The notes under the pieces: model-generated | Database searches by the model: none | Told to the model about the DNA's origin: nothing | What the model saw: the letters and a program-made list of their open reading frames with translations, nothing else | Position numbers and translations under genes: made by a program | Shown here: piece after piece, positions 58,404 through 64,000 of the stretch | Layout: the number at the start of each line of letters is the position of its first letter | How positions within the stretch are numbered: the first letter of the stretch is position 1 | DNA from: Klebsormidium nitens | Taxonomy: Eukaryota > Plantae > Klebsormidiophyceae | Direction of reading: 5' to 3' | Assembly (NCBI GenBank): GCA_000708835.1 | Contig: DF237177.1 | Coordinates: forward strand, 72,563 to 136,562 | Length of the DNA stretch: 64,000 nt

Positions 58404-61344
58404 TCAGCCTCCCCCCTTTTGCCATTCACGCACCTCAACCTTGGCCGTTGCATGCCGCTTCTCTAACTCCTCTTGCCTGAGCAATCTGACTCCAATGTAC
58501 GGCCTTCCGGAGCCGTATCCGTTAAGCTTAGGCACTTGTGGATGCTTACGGTCGGTGGTGATGTTGTGTGCCTTCAGGGCCTTCGTAAACGCCTGTGAAG
58601 TCATGCGCTGGTCCTCGCATTCCCTCGCCTTGTAGGCCGTGGACAACTCGCTCATCACAACCACTTCGTTGGGTCCAAGCAAGCACTCTTGCTCCAGAAA
58701 CGTAGACAACGTATCATTTTCCTTCAGATATTCATTGCATGCTTCCGTAAAGACTCTGGGTCTAGGCCAGAGCACCTTTTGAATCTTGTCGTTGGCCGTC
58801 CGTAGCTTGTACCATTCATGTGCGCCCTCAAAGACGACCCTAGTAACGTCTTCGATACCCTCCTTCGACTCGAGATACATCTTCAGACCAACATCTGCCC
58901 TTCGATGGGTTGCAATCTCGGGATTGAATTCGGAATCCTCTACGTACTGATTTGGGTATACTTCCAGGACAATCCTACGCAGAAGGCCTTGATTGACCTC
59001 CTCCACTGGAATACGGGGTTTGTTGTTCGTCAGCAGAGCCAGCTTGTGAGTTGGAATGAAGTTCTTCATCTTCTCGAATAGCTCTCGGGCGGAGATCGAG
59101 CCTCCTCCCGTCTGCTCTTTGATCGTGGCGGCATTTATGATCTTGCCATCATCCAATTCGTCGGCGATGCCCATACGGACGCCTTGCAATTGGGCTAGAT
59201 GACTCGTTGCAGCGCTCGCAGTATCGTCTTTGGTCTTCATGAAGATGTGCTTGGAGCAGATGATCCCGTAATCCCCCCAAGCAGCTAGTATTGCCTGCTT
59301 CAATGCCCCCTTCCCGTTCCCTCCTTCCCCCCACCAAAATACTACCAGCTCCTCGTCCGTATATCCGGACAGGCAGTATCCCAACCACAGGATTTTCCAC
59401 CGTACGACCTCCTCGTCGCCATTTGCAACATCCAGCAGAAACTCCTTGAATCTAGACCGTGTCCCGATGGGTCTTGGATGATATTCACCACCCGCCATCA
59501 GGCTGCAAAGGTGGGAGGGGTGCGGTTTCATGAGCTTGCCCGTGGGGATGTACCCAACGCCATTTTGGAAGTTTACCAGCAAAGGATCCTTGTTCATGTG
59601 AGACGACAGGTCTGCGACGTACAAGTCCGTCACGACGTACTGAAGGCATTTCCTGACGACGGTCGGATCCTGCACATTGAAAATAATCGCTGGGAGATCC
59701 ACTTTCACTTGACGCTCTGACTCATCTCTGATTTGCTTCCACTTGGGATCGCTCAGATATCTCTGCACCGCTGCTTTATCGATGGTCTTTAGAGCTGGAT
59801 CCAATTCGCTCAGCTTGTCAAGGAAAATTCTCAGAAAGAGGCCAAGGCGTTCTTGTTCATACCAATTCAGAAGCGCGCCCATCTGAGCAGCAAACACACC
59901 GAGGACTTTGTTGCACGTATCCTCGATCCACCCACGCCCGTCCCAAAAGAAAAAGATCTTCTTCTCGCCCGTGTTCAAGATGCGGCCTTCAGTCTGGTAG
60001 ATGAGGCTGAAGATTTTTGCAAGCCCTTCAAAAGGCTGCCCCCCCCCAGTGCGAGCAACCTCCGCAACAAAATTCAAGAATGCACTCCTGCCTTATTCAA
60101 GGTACTTCTTGAATATGTCGATCTGTTCTTTGGAAGACACTGGGTCGATCGTTGCGTCCTTCAGTGCAGCATCGAGTGTCAGCTGCCCGAGCTTTCTTAC
60201 GGGCTCATGCGAACATTGATCACCATGGCAGCGATAGTACACGTTGCGCCCACGCTTCAAAATGTTAAAATTGTTACTTCCGGAATGCTCACGTCCGAAG
60301 AAACACGTCCTGGGCCCTTGAGTCCGAAAGCAGTAGTAGGTCCCATGAATGCCATGCGGCAAGGCGCTCGCATACACGCTCGTCGAATCATTTGCCTTCT
60401 CTCTCAGCATTGTCTTGAGCTCACGCACGAGCAATTCGAGGTGCGCGGGAACCGAAGCCTCTCCGACCCACTCGGGGGCTGCATCTCCCGACGCCAAGGA
60501 GGAACTCGGAGCGCCCGCATCGGCGCTTGCAAAAGATGGGGGCGTCGAGAGGCCATCGCTCAGCTCTGCAGCGACCGGCGAGCTAGCACCAGAAGACCCT
60601 GCATTGATAACAGCTACAAGCCATGCGGGCATTGGTTTGGGTATCCCATCGCCCTCGGGGGCCCAGGTGTAAGTCTTCTTGTCTCGTCTCTTTCCCGTAT
60701 AACAAGACGGCGGAGCAAAGCAAAGGCCACCCGTGCCACGACCGTCCAGTCCATAGGCGGGCCACATTGTCCACCACCAGCCCCGCAAAATTGTTCGTCC
60801 TATTCAGACCGATCGTTTCACTCCGACAGAAGTAATAATGGAACCCCCCTGACCCGGTCACCGCCTTCAGAGTTGCAGGCTCTCCGTGCGCGGCCACTAG
60901 CTCGCCCCAAAGCTCCGTACCGGCTTGTTTCTCAGCGCCCGACCTTTTGACTCTGGTGCTTGCAACGTCGATATCGATGCAGTATAGGTCACTCGGCTCC
61001 GTCAAGATTGCGAGGCCGTTTGCCTCGGACCATTGGAGGCAATCGTGGATGTGCGCCTTCCAATACTCGATTGATTGAAACGACTTCCAACCCCCGCTTG
61101 GAAATGCGGTCCTCTTCTTGCCGGCAGCGTCTGTGAGGATGCGCACGGGGACTGCATACACTCCGAGCCTACCTAGGCGCAAGATTTCCTCGTTGATGTC
61201 TATGATGTCGGATGCCGCAGGCCTGACGTCTTGGGCGCCATGGGTTGCGGCATCCTCGTCCCCCGGGGTCGGAGCCTCAGGGGTCTCGATTGCAGGGGCG
61301 TCGAGGGTGGGTTCGAGAGCGCAAGAGTTGTTGTTGGCATCCAT
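58404..61344 (-). pseudogene. Full-length Prim-Pol/D5 SF3 primase-helicase, copy 2, with one frameshift (~60760) and one in-frame TAA (60093)
   Basis: Motifs NGLAIL, CIDIDV, TGSGGFHYYF, LDGRGTGG, VNFQNG, WGEGGNGKG, GIADELD, IKEQTGG, LLTNNKP and GLLRRI. Confidence 0.9.
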
Positions 61345-61426
61345 GTCTTAGGTTCTCCCGAGATAAAAATCTTTGCATGAACGCGGACGGACTGGGATTT
61401 TTTTCGTTCGTAACTCCAACGGACTA

Positions 61427-61756
61427 ATGGCCGACCATACCATCGACAATTTAAGCTACACCGACCAGCTGCGCACGTGCCCCTGCGTAACTTGCAAAAC
61501 AATGAGGCGCTACGTTGAGAAAAACCCCGGCAGGCACAGCGAACATGTCAAAGATTACTACATTCGGAACCGACACGACATCCTGTTGACCAAGGCTTTT
61601 GAAAGGTACAAAAGCGGCATAAGAACTCAACAAAGGACCCTCGACAAGTTGCTTGCGGCTGGTTACCCTGTGACGGGTTCTGGAATCCCTGAAAGTCCTG
61701 AGGAAGGGGACGACATGATGAGGGTCGTAACAGACAGGTCGATCGAGGCCACGTAA
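61427..61756 (+). CDS. Conserved small CxCxxC protein, copy 2
   Basis: Homologous to 25190-25525 and in the same position between D5 and the recombinase. Confidence 0.75.
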   Translation: MADHTIDNLSYTDQLRTCPCVTCKTMRRYVEKNPGRHSEHVKDYYIRNRHDILLTKAFERYKSGIRTQQRTLDKLLAAGYPVTGSGIPESPEEGDDMMRVVTDRSIEAT

Positions 61757-61784
61757 GTCCGCTAAGTCGTATCTTCTGCTCTGA

Positions 61785-62816
61785 TTACTGCCAAGCAATG
61801 GGAGTCCCGTCGGGCTTGTACTTTTTCTCGTAATGGGTCTGCTGAACGGCCACCAAATGCAAGCAAGATGACGCCTTTTCTGCCCGATCTCTCAAGGATG
61901 GTGCATCTTTGTACTCGTTCGATATCAGTATCTTTCGCATCAGGCCCGAACCGACATTTGCATCCGGCCAAATGGCCGCCATAAATTTCGAATAGTAATT
62001 TCGACCCATGGGAATCTCTGGCTTTTTCATACAGCTGAGCAGGTACCTCCTGGGGAAAACTGTCAGACTCTCTACGACCACATTGTTCATCCTGGTCGGA
62101 AATGTATACGTCTTTTCTCCGTATGTGCGGTCAGTTTTAAAGTATCTGAGATGGAATGTAAACTGTCCTTTTGCCGTTTCCATGATGTGATTTCCTTGCA
62201 TCAGCTTTCGTATCGCTGATGAGCGGTGGTCTCTCATGAAAATTATTGGGGCATCTGAGTAGTCATTCCGCAATGTTGGTAGGTACGCGTACAAACACAA
62301 GATAAGATGGCGGATGAGGTCGATGCGATCCTCCATCGTAAGATCTGCAGCTTGCTTAGGGAGTATGACTCCCCGATTTACCCGACGCTGTAGCTCCTCG
62401 CGCCTCTTCGTGATCTCCTCGAGAGTCTTCCAGTTTGCCCCCTCATGCTCTGTCATTTGCTGCAGGGGCGGCCTTACGGCGTCCCTCGCCTTTTTGATTT
62501 CTTCATGTCTGTCGAAGTAAACCTTCCAGAGAGCCATATCCCGGAAGTGATCCTTTGCAATTATCATTAGAGTGAATATGTAACCATGCTGGGCTGGCAG
62601 CTTATGGAAATACGCACTCTTTAGAAACTCGATAAGTTCGGTGCAATCCGTCTTGACCCACCGCAGATCCTTCAGCTCCTCAGACCCTTGGAAGAAGTGT
62701 GCGTGTAACCGCAGGGTCTGTGCAACGTATTGGCGCAGGGTGTTCTCTTTTCTGAGGTTATTATGCGGCCTTGACAATTTCCTCTGGCGTTGCCTCAACC
62801 TCGATGTGCTTGACAC
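61785..62816 (-). CDS. Tyrosine recombinase/integrase, copy 2, intact 343 aa
   Basis: Motifs PTLRND, YFKT, GLMRKILIS, CLHL and THY. Aligns along its length with 25566-26618. Confidence 0.85.
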   Translation of the reverse strand: MSSTSRLRQRQRKLSRPHNNLRKENTLRQYVAQTLRLHAHFFQGSEELKDLRWVKTDCTELIEFLKSAYFHKLPAQHGYIFTLMIIAKDHFRDMALWKVYFDRHEEIKKARDAVRPPLQQMTEHEGANWKTLEEITKRREELQRRVNRGVILPKQAADLTMEDRIDLIRHLILCLYAYLPTLRNDYSDAPIIFMRDHRSSAIRKLMQGNHIMETAKGQFTFHLRYFKTDRTYGEKTYTFPTRMNNVVVESLTVFPRRYLLSCMKKPEIPMGRNYYSKFMAAIWPDANVGSGLMRKILISNEYKDAPSLRDRAEKASSCLHLVAVQQTHYEKKYKPDGTPIAWQ

Positions 62817-63010
62817 TAGCCATCAATCACTACTATGCACATAGCTACGAAAATTTTGACCGTGACTCTGCCCCGCCTCGGCCACATACATGACTGGGGC
62901 TTGTCATAATCTTTTCACAGGCGAGTCGAGATTCCACTCATAAATGCAATAACCCAACGATTGTTTTGATGCACAATGGGAACTTATGGCAAACAGCCCT
63001 AAAAGGAGCC

Positions 63011-63032
63011 TCAGCTATTCGCGAATAGCTGA
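63011..63032. other. Perfect 22-bp palindrome TCAGCTATTCGCGAATAGCTGA upstream of the recombinase
   Basis: The sequence equals its own reverse complement. Confidence 0.8.
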
Positions 63033-63389
63033 ATGGAGCTACATAGGTGAATGGATCATGTCAAAATCTCGGACTGTGGGTCGGAACAGTTGTTCAACTA
63101 AGTGTTCACAATCCAGGTGGCTCAACAAACCGGTTATTTCATTGTGACGCCGCCAGAATCCTTGGATATCGACCCATCCGAGCCATTGTGCAAGTCTTCG
63201 GTTATATACTCTGTTCCAAACTCAAGCTTCGAGTCAGACATCGAATCGTAATTGGACTACTCTCTGTGTTTTGCCGTCCGAATCAATTTAGTTGGCCATG
63301 TCCAAAAATCTCACATAGTTCGAGGGTAAGTGGACTAGATGGCATATACGTGCAAAGGCGAGGATAGTGCAAGCCAAGCGACCCGAGCT

Positions 63390-63977
63390 TCAGACTTCGA
63401 CATCGCCTGCATTATCAAAGTGCATTCTGGCCAGGTCGTCGACGTCGCGCTGAGTGCCAATAATCAGCACTGAGAAACTCCCATCAACCGAGACCTCGAC
63501 CGGAACCTCCAGCACGTCCTTTAAGATTATGCACCGTCCATAGCCCAAAACGTCGATTCCCGCCATCCATGCTTGCGCATCCTCGTTGAGATACCAGAAA
63601 TATTCAGGCAACTCAATCTGACCCCTGCAATCGTGGGTGGTGACCTTGAAGCGATGCAGGTTGTCACCCCTGGTCGGAGCTTCAACAAAGCAGTGTTTCG
63701 ACCGAGGGATTGCAAACGACTTTTCTTCATCGGGATGCAAGTTGTTCTCGAAATTCGAGTCTTCAAGGCGCATCTCCAGGTCCTTCTCTGACTGTGACTG
63801 CAGTACAAAACCCAAGGCGTAAGAGCGAGGTTCACAAGTTAGGCGTTGTGTGATGTCACCCATAATGGTATATCTATGACAAGTCTGAGATTTTAAAAGA
63901 CTCTTAAAATCCACGCGATCATGCCAGACGCCTCGAGGAGCCCGGGCCCAAACTCCAAATATGCTGTCGATTGCCAA
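63390..63977 (-). CDS. Orphan hypothetical protein upstream of recombinase copy 2
   Basis: 195-aa ATG ORF with normal composition and no recognised domain. Confidence 0.5.
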   Translation of the reverse strand: MAIDSIFGVWARAPRGVWHDRVDFKSLLKSQTCHRYTIMGDITQRLTCEPRSYALGFVLQSQSEKDLEMRLEDSNFENNLHPDEEKSFAIPRSKHCFVEAPTRGDNLHRFKVTTHDCRGQIELPEYFWYLNEDAQAWMAGIDVLGYGRCIILKDVLEVPVEVSVDGSFSVLIIGTQRDVDDLARMHFDNAGDVEV

Positions 63978-64000
63978 TGGGCTTTGGAATCGATGAGGTA

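Larger units (their letters stand above)
51810..64000. mobile_element. Composite module copy 2 (KDZ + inverted repeat + Prim-Pol/D5 + small ORF + YR + orphan), running off the window end
   Basis: Syntenic with 13252-27436. Confidence 0.6.

Noticed and set aside
59853-60950. 365-aa + strand ORF, and similar antisense ORFs at 19048-19602 and 20239-20880
   Set aside because: They are shadow ORFs opposite D5 coding sequence, with no motifs.

Overview
Eukaryotic, intron-rich, GC-rich draft scaffold with N gaps. It looks like a streptophyte green alga (Klebsormidium-like); that is inferred from gene content and splice style and is not verified. The first ~12.3 kb holds ordinary host genes: an nsLTP/prolamin-like 8-cysteine-motif gene, an FHA-domain gene and sucrose-phosphate phosphatase. 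Most of 13-64 kb is mobile or virus-like DNA. The main observation is a gene module that occurs twice in clearly diverged form, at ~13-27.5 kb and ~52-64 kb. Both copies have the same order and orientation: KDZ/Zisupton-type transposase (+), iteron-armed AT-rich inverted repeat, Prim-Pol/D5 SF3 primase-helicase (-), small CxCxxC ORF (+), intact tyrosine recombinase (-), orphan ORF (-). Between the two copies lie ~113-122 bp palindromic repeat arrays arranged in inverted orientation around a stand-alone HIRAN gene. Also between them are an intron-split AEP primase + UL9-like origin-binding helicase fusion, an EsV-1-7-like Cys motif, and an intron-rich prokaryote-like ATPase-wHTH-PD-(D/E)xK gene. 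No capsid, packaging ATPase, PolB, rRNA, tRNA or CRISPR array was recognised. All domain calls come from motif recognition by eye; no database search was run.
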